Source of the DNA: an uncultured virus (IMG/VR IMGVR_UViG_3300011339_000567)
Taxonomy: Duplodnaviria; Heunggongvirae; Uroviricota; Caudoviricetes
Length of the DNA stretch: 20,000 bases
Direction: 5' to 3' (one strand)
Virus record (IMG/VR): IMGVR_UViG_3300011339_000567
Shown: piece by piece, positions 1 to 7,186 of the stretch
Layout: every line of letters starts with the position of its first letter
How positions within the stretch are numbered: the first letter of the stretch is position 1
Notes under the pieces: model-generated
What the model was told of the DNA's origin: nothing
What the model saw: only the letters and a program-made list of their open reading frames with translations
The model's database searches: none
Position numbers and translations under genes: made by a program

Positions 1-2
1 CC

Positions 3-95
3 TGCGGCATCTCGTTCACATGCGAGGCCGCATTCGAACGCTGGCTGGAGCGCAACATGACTCCCGTGCAGTTGGGTCTTTTCGGGTCACAGTGA
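3..95 (+). CDS. 3' end of a hypothetical protein running in from the window edge; ends ...TPVQLGLFGSQ
   Basis: Own translation of frame 3: open from the window edge to TGA at 93-95. Confidence 0.55.
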   Translation, partial: CGISFTCEAAFERWLERNMTPVQLGLFGSQ

Positions 96-99
96 CCCG
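83..99. promoter_or_regulatory. 17-bp palindrome CGGGTCAC-A-GTGACCCG, candidate operator (copy 1)
   Basis: Perfect 8-bp arms; second copy at 1274-1290. Confidence 0.5.
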
Positions 100-110
100 C
101 AGACAACAAG

Positions 111-198
111 GTGCGATAAGACTCGGTACGGATTTGAGATAAGACTCGTACAAAATTGAGATAAGACTAAGTGTCCAGACCGTCCCTTCTTATCGCAC
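111..198. repeat. Iteron-like repeats GATAAGACT x3 plus one inverted partial copy
   Basis: GATAAGACT at 115, 138 and 160 (22-23 bp period); GTGCGATAAG 111-120 is inverted as CTTATCGCAC 189-198. Confidence 0.7.
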
Positions 199-457
199 TT
201 TGTGCTAAGCACCCAGTACAGCCGCAACCCGCATGGATGCTGGGTTCTTGGGGGTAAGTGTCCGCGCCCTCTATCTAAATCTTTATATATAATATATATT
301 AGAGAGTGTGTATATGCGTGTGCTCGGGCTTTTGTTTTTACTTAAAGGCTTTGGCTATGGCTAGTTGTCTGTTGGATAGTGAGCTGGACACTTTTTCAAG
401 AAACCTAGCATTCATGCGGCCTGCGAGGTGTCCAGACGCTTAGCACAACATGCGATA
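191..457 (+). other. Long imperfect inverted repeat around an AT-rich core; candidate replication origin or structured single-stranded element
   Basis: 191-210 pairs with 438-457 (18/20); 223-250 with 397-425; 256-263 with 386-393; TA-rich core at about 275-302. Confidence 0.55.
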
Positions 458-497
458 CAATTCCCACTCTGTCCAAAACTCGGTATGAAAAGGAGAT

Positions 498-1256
498 ATG
501 ACTATGGATTTCCCCAAATCCTACCTGCGAATGAGCGAACGCACCCTACGCAAACACCTTGCAAAACGCAAACTTCCCTTGGGCTACGCTGAAAACCTCA
601 TATCTCAGGTGATGTCCGAGAGGCACAAGAAGTTCGCGCATCTCGCCCGAGATACGCAACACGCCCGATTGTGGGGCGACCTCATAGCCCCTGCCAAGGC
701 CGAACGCCGCATCGTGCAGAGGATGTTGAGTTTAGATTTAGCCAATAACAGCCCCGAACGCACCCTTGCACTGGAGGCTTATCTCATGGTGCTTGACGCC
801 ATCATCGGGCGGCTCACGCTCAAGGCCAACACAGCAGAAGCAACGCCGAGGCAAGTGGCCGAGGAGACAAATGTCCCCAACAAAGGCGAGCACTGGGTGG
901 ACTGGATGCCGCCCAAGAAGATAGCGCTCATCAAGGAGTACTTCGCCCAGATACCCTACATCAAGGGCGTGAGGCAGAAGACCCCGTTCGAGCGCCGGTG
1001 GCCCACGACACAACACGCCATACACAAGAAGCGCCTGATTGAGCGCACCGACAAGGAGCTTGCCATCCTTGAGCGCCGCATGGCCGTGGAGCTTGCCGAT
1101 GCTAAGTTGACCGACACGCACATCTTCAAACAGCAGGAGATCAACGACATGCGTATCCAGATCAGCAAGATGCAAGCGGCCATGCACACCATCAAACTAC
1201 TGCGCCCGACTGACCTCGTGCCGGTGACATGGCACGGCATCGACCTGCCGGACTGA
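498..1256 (+). CDS. Hypothetical phage protein, 252 aa, basic and helical
   Basis: Long ORF with AAGGAG just upstream; the start may be the second Met at 504; no family recognised. Confidence 0.85.
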   Translation: MTMDFPKSYLRMSERTLRKHLAKRKLPLGYAENLISQVMSERHKKFAHLARDTQHARLWGDLIAPAKAERRIVQRMLSLDLANNSPERTLALEAYLMVLDAIIGRLTLKANTAEATPRQVAEETNVPNKGEHWVDWMPPKKIALIKEYFAQIPYIKGVRQKTPFERRWPTTQHAIHKKRLIERTDKELAILERRMAVELADAKLTDTHIFKQQEINDMRIQISKMQAAMHTIKLLRPTDLVPVTWHGIDLPD

Positions 1257-1273
1257 CGAATGTCAATTTGTTT

Positions 1274-1296
1274 CGGGTCACTGTGACCCGTTTTTT
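1274..1296 (+). terminator. Palindrome CGGGTCAC-T-GTGACCCG followed by T6; possible intrinsic terminator and/or operator (copy 2)
   Basis: GC-rich stem plus TTTTTT, starting 18 nt after the stop at 1256. Confidence 0.55.
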
Positions 1297-1339
1297 ATCG
1301 GTTAGCGGTCTGCCGTCTCAGACCGCATTTTAAGGAGAA
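1297..1339 (+). promoter_or_regulatory. Conserved leader hairpin, copy 1: GCGGTCTG-CCGTCT-CAGACCGC plus RBS
   Basis: 8-bp stem at 1305-1326; homologous copies at 2460 and 5089. Confidence 0.7.
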
Positions 1340-1343
1340 AGCA

Positions 1344-2018
1344 ATGAAAACCACACTGAACAAAATCCGGGCGCAGCACCCTTGCGAAGACGGCTGGAAG
1401 AAGCTGCTTGCTTATTTAGGTAAGACCAAGCCAGACGACGAGCCGCTAGCCATCGTAACTATTCTTGACAGTAACGGACTGGATGACGCGCTCTGGTGCC
1501 TGCGGGCAGTCGAGGGTTACGATAAAGAAATGCGCTTGTTCGCGGTGCGGTGCGCCCGACGTGTACAGTACTTAATGACTGACCCGCGCAGCATCGCAGG
1601 GGTAGACGTTGCCGAACGCTTCGCAAACGGTGAAGCCACTACGGAGGAGTTGACTGCGGCGGGGGATGCCGCGTGGGCTGCGGCGTGGGCTGCGGCGGGG
1701 GATGCTGCGTTGGCTGCTGCGTGGGCTGCTGCGAGGGTTGCGGCGGGGGCTGCTGCGAGGGTTGCGGCGGGGGCTGCTGCGAGGGATGCTGCGAGGGTTG
1801 CCGCGTGGGCTGCGGCGTGGGCTGCGGCGGGGGATGCTGCGTTGGCTGCTGCGTGGGCTGCTGCGAGGGTTGCGGCGGGGGCTGCTGCGAGGGATGCTGC
1901 GTGGGCTGCTGCGTGGGCTGCTGCGAGGGTTGCTGCGAGGGCTGCTGCGAGGGCTTCTGCGTTGGCTGTACAAGAAGCAGACTTGCGTCAAATGTGTAAC
2001 AAAGGAGAAGTGAAATGA
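1344..2018 (+). CDS. Phage protein with Imm-5-like helical region and Ala-rich 4-residue repeats
   Basis: RBS AAGGAG; RLFAVRCARRV...DPRS...AERFANGEAT.EEL followed by AA(W/R/G)(A/D/V) repeats, a pattern I recognise from phage proteins. Confidence 0.8.
   Translation: MKTTLNKIRAQHPCEDGWKKLLAYLGKTKPDDEPLAIVTILDSNGLDDALWCLRAVEGYDKEMRLFAVRCARRVQYLMTDPRSIAGVDVAERFANGEATTEELTAAGDAAWAAAWAAAGDAALAAAWAAARVAAGAAARVAAGAAARDAARVAAWAAAWAAAGDAALAAAWAAARVAAGAAARDAAWAAAWAAARVAARAAARASALAVQEADLRQMCNKGEVK
1655..1968 (+). repeat. 12-bp-period coding tandem repeat with an exact 95-bp internal duplication
   Basis: Unit GCN GCG NGG GNT; 1667-1761 is identical to 1799-1893. Confidence 0.9.
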
Positions 2019-2230
2019 CAGCAATGCACTTAGACCACGACATGCGGCTACAAGCCGCCCGATGTATGGAGCGTGAGGGAGGCAGTTTCGCAGGGCATAT
2101 CGCCCGAGCGTACTATGTGGCCGACACGCAGAACGCAGAGGCACTACTGACTGCGTTCGATATGTTGTTCCTCAAGTTCTACGCGGAGCACTGCCGCAAT
2201 GAGCGCATGAAAGAAAGGGAAACGCAATGA
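2015..2230 (+). CDS. Hypothetical phage protein (GGSF...A...AD..N motif)
   Basis: ATGA coupling with the upstream gene; RBS AAGGAG. Confidence 0.8.
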   Translation: MTAMHLDHDMRLQAARCMEREGGSFAGHIARAYYVADTQNAEALLTAFDMLFLKFYAEHCRNERMKERETQ

Positions 2231-2433
2231 CCATGCTAAGCCTACCAAAACAAATCGAGGCAGCACGCCTACTCACGCTGCGCCAGATGCTCAAGCTAGA
2301 GATGAAGGGGATGCACAGGAGCAGAGGCCACACGGCATACAACACGCTCAAACAGATGGGGTTCAAAGGCACTCGTGAGCAGGTGCTCGCACAGATGGAT
2401 GAGATTCGCAATGAACTCATAGGTAAGGAGTAG
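2227..2433 (+). CDS. Hypothetical protein, 68 aa
   Basis: ATGA overlap; purine-rich RBS. Confidence 0.75.
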   Translation: MTMLSLPKQIEAARLLTLRQMLKLEMKGMHRSRGHTAYNTLKQMGFKGTREQVLAQMDEIRNELIGKE

Positions 2434-2435
2434 AC

Positions 2436-2484
2436 GGGGACATTTGTCCCCAACAGTATGAGGGTGCTGTCTCACCCTCGCTTT
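2436..2484 (+). promoter_or_regulatory. Palindrome GGGGACA-TT-TGTCCCC plus conserved leader hairpin copy 2: GAGGGTG-CTGTCT-CACCCTC
   Basis: Palindrome at 2436-2451; hairpin at 2460-2479; intergenic. Confidence 0.65.
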
Positions 2485-2511
2485 CAGTAAGTAAAACATC
2501 AAGGAGTTTTT

Positions 2512-3969
2512 ATGTTCTTAGGATATTCCCCCAAGGCCAAGTGCTTTATGTACGCCGCCGATGTTGTGCGCTACTCGCGCCAGTGGCATCAGAGTTTGCA
2601 AAACAGATTCGAACTGCACCCCGCAGTGGCCGATGCGTTCCAGATGCACGACCCAGAGGACTGGCAACAGTTACTGCTTGAGTGGCCGCATGTGGCAACG
2701 ACCGATGCGACCCGCTTGGCCTATACCCGTGACGAGCGAGCAGGCGAGGCCGACAGGCAGACGCTGACATCATTGGGCAAGTACCTGAAGCAGCACTGGC
2801 CGAACCTAGCAGACCATCACATCAGGGATTATGTGGCCAAGTACGCTACAGCGGCTAGCTTTCACATTGAGCGCACCACCGAGGCCATCGTCAACGCAGT
2901 GCAGAAAGGCCCTGCCTCGTGTATGAAGTTCAACGAGGACGATGAGGACGAGCGGAGCCAGCTTGATGATCTCGGTGCTCACCCTTACGAGGTGTACGAC
3001 CCGCAGTATGGCTGGCATGTGGCAACGCGCCGCTTGGGTCATCAGATCGTAGGTCGTGCGCTACTCATGCAACGGGACAATGCCGAGAGCAACCCCAAGT
3101 ACTTCGTGCGTACCTACAAGCACCAGGACGGCGAGCGTTACTCACAGCCCGATGACGAGCTGCATCAGTGGCTACATTCGCAGGGGTACGAGAAGCGCAA
3201 CGAATGGAAGGGCGAGCGTCTGGCGTACATCCCTAGCGGGCGGTACAACAGCGACTTCATCGCCCCGTACATCGACGGCGGTGCTCAGGAGGTAGATGTC
3301 GAGCGCGAGCGCACAGATGATGGCACATACAAGCAGTACTTACGCATCACGCGCAGTGGTGAGTGGGAGTGCTGCAACCAAAACGGCACTGCGACTGAGC
3401 AGGGCGCATGCAGTTGTGCGGACTGCGGCGAGCGCATCAGTGAGGACGAGCAGTGCGGCATAGGGGTGTATGGAGATCACATCGTTGGTGAGTGCTGCAT
3501 CGATGAGTACACACATGTCACTGGGCGCAGGGGCAACGACTACTATGTGCCCAACGATGAGGCCGTGGAGGTTGATGGCACTTACTACGACCGCGACTAC
3601 CTCAGTGACAACAACATCGTGGAGCTTGCGAACGGCGACTACTGCTCGATGGACGATGCGGTCTATGTTGACGATGAGTGGTATCACACCGATGACGATG
3701 CGATTGTGTGCGATTACACTGGCGGCTACCAAATGCGCGATGACTGCGTAGAACTGCATGACGGCGAGTGGGCGCTGCTTGACGAGACATGGGAGTGCCA
3801 AGGGTCGGGCAACTTCTACTTGTACGATGACGATGCACCTGTCGAGATTGACGGCAACATGTACCACGAGGACTATGTACCCGAGCCAGAAGAAGTCGAG
3901 CCATGCCCCGTACGGGATGTGTGCCTGTCCATTGAACCAACCACAGTAACAATCAAGGAATCAACATGA
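2512..3969 (+). CDS. 485-aa phage protein: central SCM...GRALL...PYIDG domain, Cys cluster and acidic ~15-aa C-terminal repeats
   Basis: RBS AAGGAG; long ORF; CSCADC...ECC; repeats such as DEAVEVDGTYY, DDAVYVDDEWY and DAPVEIDGNMY. Confidence 0.85.
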   Translation: MFLGYSPKAKCFMYAADVVRYSRQWHQSLQNRFELHPAVADAFQMHDPEDWQQLLLEWPHVATTDATRLAYTRDERAGEADRQTLTSLGKYLKQHWPNLADHHIRDYVAKYATAASFHIERTTEAIVNAVQKGPASCMKFNEDDEDERSQLDDLGAHPYEVYDPQYGWHVATRRLGHQIVGRALLMQRDNAESNPKYFVRTYKHQDGERYSQPDDELHQWLHSQGYEKRNEWKGERLAYIPSGRYNSDFIAPYIDGGAQEVDVERERTDDGTYKQYLRITRSGEWECCNQNGTATEQGACSCADCGERISEDEQCGIGVYGDHIVGECCIDEYTHVTGRRGNDYYVPNDEAVEVDGTYYDRDYLSDNNIVELANGDYCSMDDAVYVDDEWYHTDDDAIVCDYTGGYQMRDDCVELHDGEWALLDETWECQGSGNFYLYDDDAPVEIDGNMYHEDYVPEPEEVEPCPVRDVCLSIEPTTVTIKEST

Positions 3970-5072
3970 ACAAGAAATCAATACTCTGCAAGACGCTATC
4001 ACGCGCCCTGTCAATGAAGCGGCCACATGGCACACGCGCAGTCATCGAGTTCACGGACTGGCTGCACTCAAACCTACCCAAGCGCAAGCACATCGCTGTC
4101 AGCTATGACAAGGTGGGCAACCTGCATGTGGACGCACGACTTGACGACACCAACCGCACGCTATTCGTAGCCCATGTGGACACAGTGCATCGTGAGACAG
4201 GTGCTAACAAGATCAGGAAGACTCAAGGCAAGTGGTACGCCGATGGTGCGCCCCTTGGCGCAGATGATGGGGCTGGATGCGCGATCCTTATGCACATGCT
4301 GCATGCTGGTGTACCGGCGTACTACATCTTCACGCAGGGCGAGGAGCGCGGGGGTATCGGTGCTAAGTACCTTGCCGACCACAGCCCCGAGTTGTTGGCC
4401 TGCTTTGATCGTGCCATTGCGTTCGACAGGCGCGGCATCGACAGCGTTATCACGCATCAGGGGTGGGGCAGGTGCTGCTCTGATGAGTTCGCTGACGCAC
4501 TGTCCGGTGAGCTGTGTGCTGACGGCGTGCTGATGTATCTGGGCGATGACACAGGTGTGTACACCGACACTGCCGAGTTCGTTGACATCATCCCCGAGTG
4601 CACCAACATCAGCGTGGGCTACGACAACGAGCACTCAGACCGCGAGACTCTGGACATCTTCCACTTCACGGCGCTGGCTGCTGCGGCCGTCAAGATCAAG
4701 TGGGATGCCCTGCCCGTGGGGCGTGACCCGACAGTCATCGAGAAGCTGCCCCTGACTGACTGGCGCAGTTACTACAGCACGACAAGCCTGACCTCATGGG
4801 ACGGCAAGTGGTCTGACGCCAGCGCCTACGGGTACACGGACAACGACATGCTGGAGGACGCACTGCGCGATGCCATGCGTGGGATGTATCACGACCTGCT
4901 CGACATGATCGCAGAGGCAGCGTATCCAGAAGACCCCATGATGGCGCTCAAGTTCCTCAACAAGCGCATGCTCACTGACGAGGTGTTGCAGCGTGCGATG
5001 TCTGACTGCGCTGTCTACGATGCCGATACTGTGTTGCTGTCCCTGTTCGACACAGTTCACTGCGAAGTCTGA
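3966..5072 (+). CDS. Zn-dependent exopeptidase, M20/M28 clan
   Basis: Metal-ligand motifs AHVDTVH, LGADDGAG, GEERGGIG, AFDR, YTDT and GYDNEH. Confidence 0.88.
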   Translation: MNKKSILCKTLSRALSMKRPHGTRAVIEFTDWLHSNLPKRKHIAVSYDKVGNLHVDARLDDTNRTLFVAHVDTVHRETGANKIRKTQGKWYADGAPLGADDGAGCAILMHMLHAGVPAYYIFTQGEERGGIGAKYLADHSPELLACFDRAIAFDRRGIDSVITHQGWGRCCSDEFADALSGELCADGVLMYLGDDTGVYTDTAEFVDIIPECTNISVGYDNEHSDRETLDIFHFTALAAAAVKIKWDALPVGRDPTVIEKLPLTDWRSYYSTTSLTSWDGKWSDASAYGYTDNDMLEDALRDAMRGMYHDLLDMIAEAAYPEDPMMALKFLNKRMLTDEVLQRAMSDCAVYDADTVLLSLFDTVHCEV

Positions 5073-5080
5073 CGGGTGTC

Positions 5081-5124
5081 ATCGGTTTGCAGCCTGCCGT
5101 CTCAGGCTGCGCTTTAAGGAGAAG
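5081..5124 (+). promoter_or_regulatory. Conserved leader hairpin, copy 3: GCAGCCTG-CCGTCT-CAGGCTGC plus RBS
   Basis: 8-bp stem at 5089-5110; same ATCGGTT 5' flank and TTTAAGGAGAA 3' flank as copy 1. Confidence 0.7.
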
Positions 5125-5128
5125 ACGA

Positions 5129-5299
5129 ATGATCAAGATAACCATATCCAAGAGCGTGATTCAAAACCACATAAATGACCTACTCCACCAAGTTCAGTCA
5201 CTTATGAAAGGAAAAACTCTGGACAACCGTGAACTAAATGACATGCAAGAACTACTCTGGCGCGTCGAGCACTACATCAACCAAGGAGAAGACAAATGA
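5129..5299 (+). CDS. Hypothetical protein, 56 aa (MIKITISK...)
   Basis: ATG at 5129 after AAGGAG; start moved from the track's 5087. Confidence 0.75.
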   Translation: MIKITISKSVIQNHINDLLHQVQSLMKGKTLDNRELNDMQELLWRVEHYINQGEDK

Positions 5300-5589
5300 A
5301 AACAGATGAACTGACAGGTGCCGCCCTTGATTGGGCGGTGGCGAAGTGTGAGGGTGTAGAGATCATCGTGCGACAAGAAAATTGGGACTGGTACTCAACC
5401 GATTGGGCACAAGGCGGGCCGATCATTGAGCGGGAGAAGATCGCAACCGCTTGGCACATCACGCGCTGGGTTGCATGGCGTGGCGTGATCGAACACCCCG
5501 GCCCCACACCCCTGATCGCAGCCATGCGCTGTTATGTGGCAAGCCGACTTGGCAATGACATTGAGATACCGGAGGAGCTAAATGTTTGA
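5296..5589 (+). CDS. NinX/DUF2591-like phage protein
   Basis: LTGAALDWAVA...YSTDWAQGGPIIEREKI...GPTPLIAAMRCYVAS.LG signature. Confidence 0.8.
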   Translation: MKTDELTGAALDWAVAKCEGVEIIVRQENWDWYSTDWAQGGPIIEREKIATAWHITRWVAWRGVIEHPGPTPLIAAMRCYVASRLGNDIEIPEELNV

Positions 5590-5674
5590 CAGAGAAGACA
5601 CCATCACGCGGGTAGTGTTCCTACTCGCGCTTATCGTAGTAGCGCTTGACCTTTTATATTGGAGACCGTTATGA
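5582..5674 (+). CDS. 30-aa single-TM membrane peptide MFDREDTITRVVFLLALIVVALDLLYWRPL
   Basis: Own translation; GGAGG RBS; hydrophobic stretch. Confidence 0.65.
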   Translation: MFDREDTITRVVFLLALIVVALDLLYWRPL

Positions 5675-5713
5675 GGGTGGGAAACCCCTTACAAAAAAGA
5701 GTGAACACTAACA

Positions 5714-5729
5714 TGTCTAATAGTGGACA
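5714..5729. promoter_or_regulatory. Candidate operator TGTCTA-ATAG-TGGACA
   Basis: Dyad matching 16369-16384; intergenic, upstream of ATG 5758. Confidence 0.5.
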
Positions 5730-5757
5730 ATACCCGATTTCAATCAAGGAGAAAACA

Positions 5758-6357
5758 ATGCCAGATATGAAGACCGCACTGCATGCCGTGCTGAACGAGT
5801 GGGAAAAAGCCGAGACTCCCCTATCAACATCTTCTCAGGAGCAACCTGCATCCGCCAAGCAAAAGCAGTACTTCAAAGTCACAGTAGGTGTGTCGCAAGC
5901 ATCGTTCAACTATGTCAGGGACAACCCCTACACAACAGCCGCGCAAGCCACAGCCGCGCTGGCGAAACAAGGGTTCAAGAAGACTTCGCTGACCTCGCTG
6001 TACACGCAGATGATTCGCCAAGGACACTTGAGCAGAGACAAGGACGGCAAGCTGACGGCGCTCATTCCAGAGTTCCGTCCACTGAAGGCGACAGCTACCA
6101 TACGCAACTTAGAAATCGCGCTGAGAAAGAAAGCTGCCAAAGCAGAACCACCACGCCAACCAGCGAAGGTGAACATCGACATCGCGGCCATCAAGAAGCA
6201 AAACGGGATACGCGCAGGGATAGCTACGCTCAACGCGTCCCATGCCCAAGCTGCCCCCGCGCCGACACTTCTCACGGCCAAGCAGGTGTTGGAGACGCTC
6301 AGCATCAAGGAAGCGCACATGCTGTACCGCGAATTGCAAACAATGTTTGGAGGTTGA
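5758..6357 (+). CDS. Hypothetical protein with possible winged-helix DNA-binding segment, 199 aa
   Basis: AAGGAG before ATG 5758 (MPDMK); FNYVRDNP.TT....LTSLYTQMIRQGHLSRDKDG resembles a wHTH. Confidence 0.75.
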   Translation: MPDMKTALHAVLNEWEKAETPLSTSSQEQPASAKQKQYFKVTVGVSQASFNYVRDNPYTTAAQATAALAKQGFKKTSLTSLYTQMIRQGHLSRDKDGKLTALIPEFRPLKATATIRNLEIALRKKAAKAEPPRQPAKVNIDIAAIKKQNGIRAGIATLNASHAQAAPAPTLLTAKQVLETLSIKEAHMLYRELQTMFGG

Positions 6358-6358
6358 T

Positions 6359-6571
6359 ATGTGGAAATACATTTGGACTGAATTGAGGTTGATGCTGAAA
6401 ACCGTGACGCCGATACAGGCCGTTACGCACGAGTTGATGCACGCCGAGCATGCCCTGCTGCAAGCCGAGAGTGGGGTTGAGTACGCACAGGCGCTGGTGA
6501 CTTACAACAAGCAACGAGTCAAGCGCTTGAAGGCGTATCTGGCAGTAGACGAAGTGAAGGAGCCGACATGA
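6359..6571 (+). CDS. Hypothetical coiled-coil protein, 70 aa (MWKYIW...)
   Basis: GGAGGT RBS before ATG 6359. Confidence 0.75.
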   Translation: MWKYIWTELRLMLKTVTPIQAVTHELMHAEHALLQAESGVEYAQALVTYNKQRVKRLKAYLAVDEVKEPT

Positions 6572-6807
6572 AATACCGCGAAACAGGTGGATCAGCGTTT
6601 CCGCATACGGTTGAGTACAAAGGTGCGGATTGTGGCGGGGTAGTGCCTCATGGCGGCATGACCCTGCTTGACTACGCTGCGATCAAAGCGATGCAAGCCC
6701 TTTTGTCAGACCCCGACTGGCGGCAAGACATGAGCTTTGCAGTCACCGCCGCTACCGCATACAAACAAGCAGCAGAAATGATTGCAGAGAAAGCGAGGTA
6801 CGCATGA
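6568..6807 (+). CDS. Small phage protein of the GG.AFP...GMTLRDYFA type (paralog 1)
   Basis: GGSAFP...GMTLLDYAAIKAMQ; ATGA coupling. Confidence 0.8.
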   Translation: MKYRETGGSAFPHTVEYKGADCGGVVPHGGMTLLDYAAIKAMQALLSDPDWRQDMSFAVTAATAYKQAAEMIAEKARYA

Positions 6808-7010
6808 CTAAAGATACAAGTGGACCAGCGTTTCCATGCCACCCGGGCATTGAGAACCCAATCTATGACGGCATGACCTTGCGCGATTACTTTGCTGCCA
6901 AAGCGATGCAGGGCGATCTTATTGGCGGCGTTCACCATGACATTTTTGACATAACTGCAAAACGCGCATACGCATTGGCAGACGAAATGCTGAAAGCGAG
7001 GAAAGCATGA
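6804..7010 (+). CDS. Small phage protein of the GMTLRDYFA type (paralog 2)
   Basis: GPAFP...GMTLRDYFAAKAMQG...AYALADEMLKAR. Confidence 0.82.
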   Translation: MTKDTSGPAFPCHPGIENPIYDGMTLRDYFAAKAMQGDLIGGVHHDIFDITAKRAYALADEMLKARKA

Positions 7011-7186
7011 ACGAAGAAACCCGCAAGGTCAAGCCATATCCGTCAGTACCTGATGACATCGACCCAGTGCCGGAAACATGGCACAGGATTGGAGCGTTCA
7101 TGCTTTGGTCTATTTTTACAGTGCTGGCAGTGATCTGCCTTGGACTGTTCTTTACCGGTCTTTGGATATGGAGCTTGTTGATATGA
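7007..7186 (+). CDS. 59-aa membrane protein (MNEETRKVKPYP...FMLWSIFTVLAVICLGLFFTGLWIWSLLI)
   Basis: Own translation; ATGA overlaps at both ends; long hydrophobic C-terminus. Confidence 0.75.
   Translation: MNEETRKVKPYPSVPDDIDPVPETWHRIGAFMLWSIFTVLAVICLGLFFTGLWIWSLLI

Noticed and set aside
111..170. CRISPR mini-array
   Set aside because: Period is only 22-23 bp with a 9-12 bp core and similar intervening sequences; too short for repeat-spacer units
83..1290. IS element (17-bp inverted ends plus one ORF)
   Set aside because: No DDE, HUH or recombinase motif recognised in the 252-aa ORF and no target-site duplication; the ends are self-palindromic, unlike typical IS ends
1572..2144. Alternative-frame ORFs over the Ala repeat (PRSS, PSQQ, LLRG and GCCE repeats)
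   Set aside because: By-products of a stop-free 12-bp repeat; only the 1344 frame has an RBS and a non-repetitive domain
5670..5691. Fourth copy of the leader hairpin (shares TATGAGGGTG with 2457-2466)
   Set aside because: Lacks the CYGTCT loop and forms only a weak stem; the 10-mer match may be chance
5799..6386. 195-aa same-strand alternative ORF
   Set aside because: Overlaps the better-supported 5758 gene, has no clear RBS and has shadow-like composition
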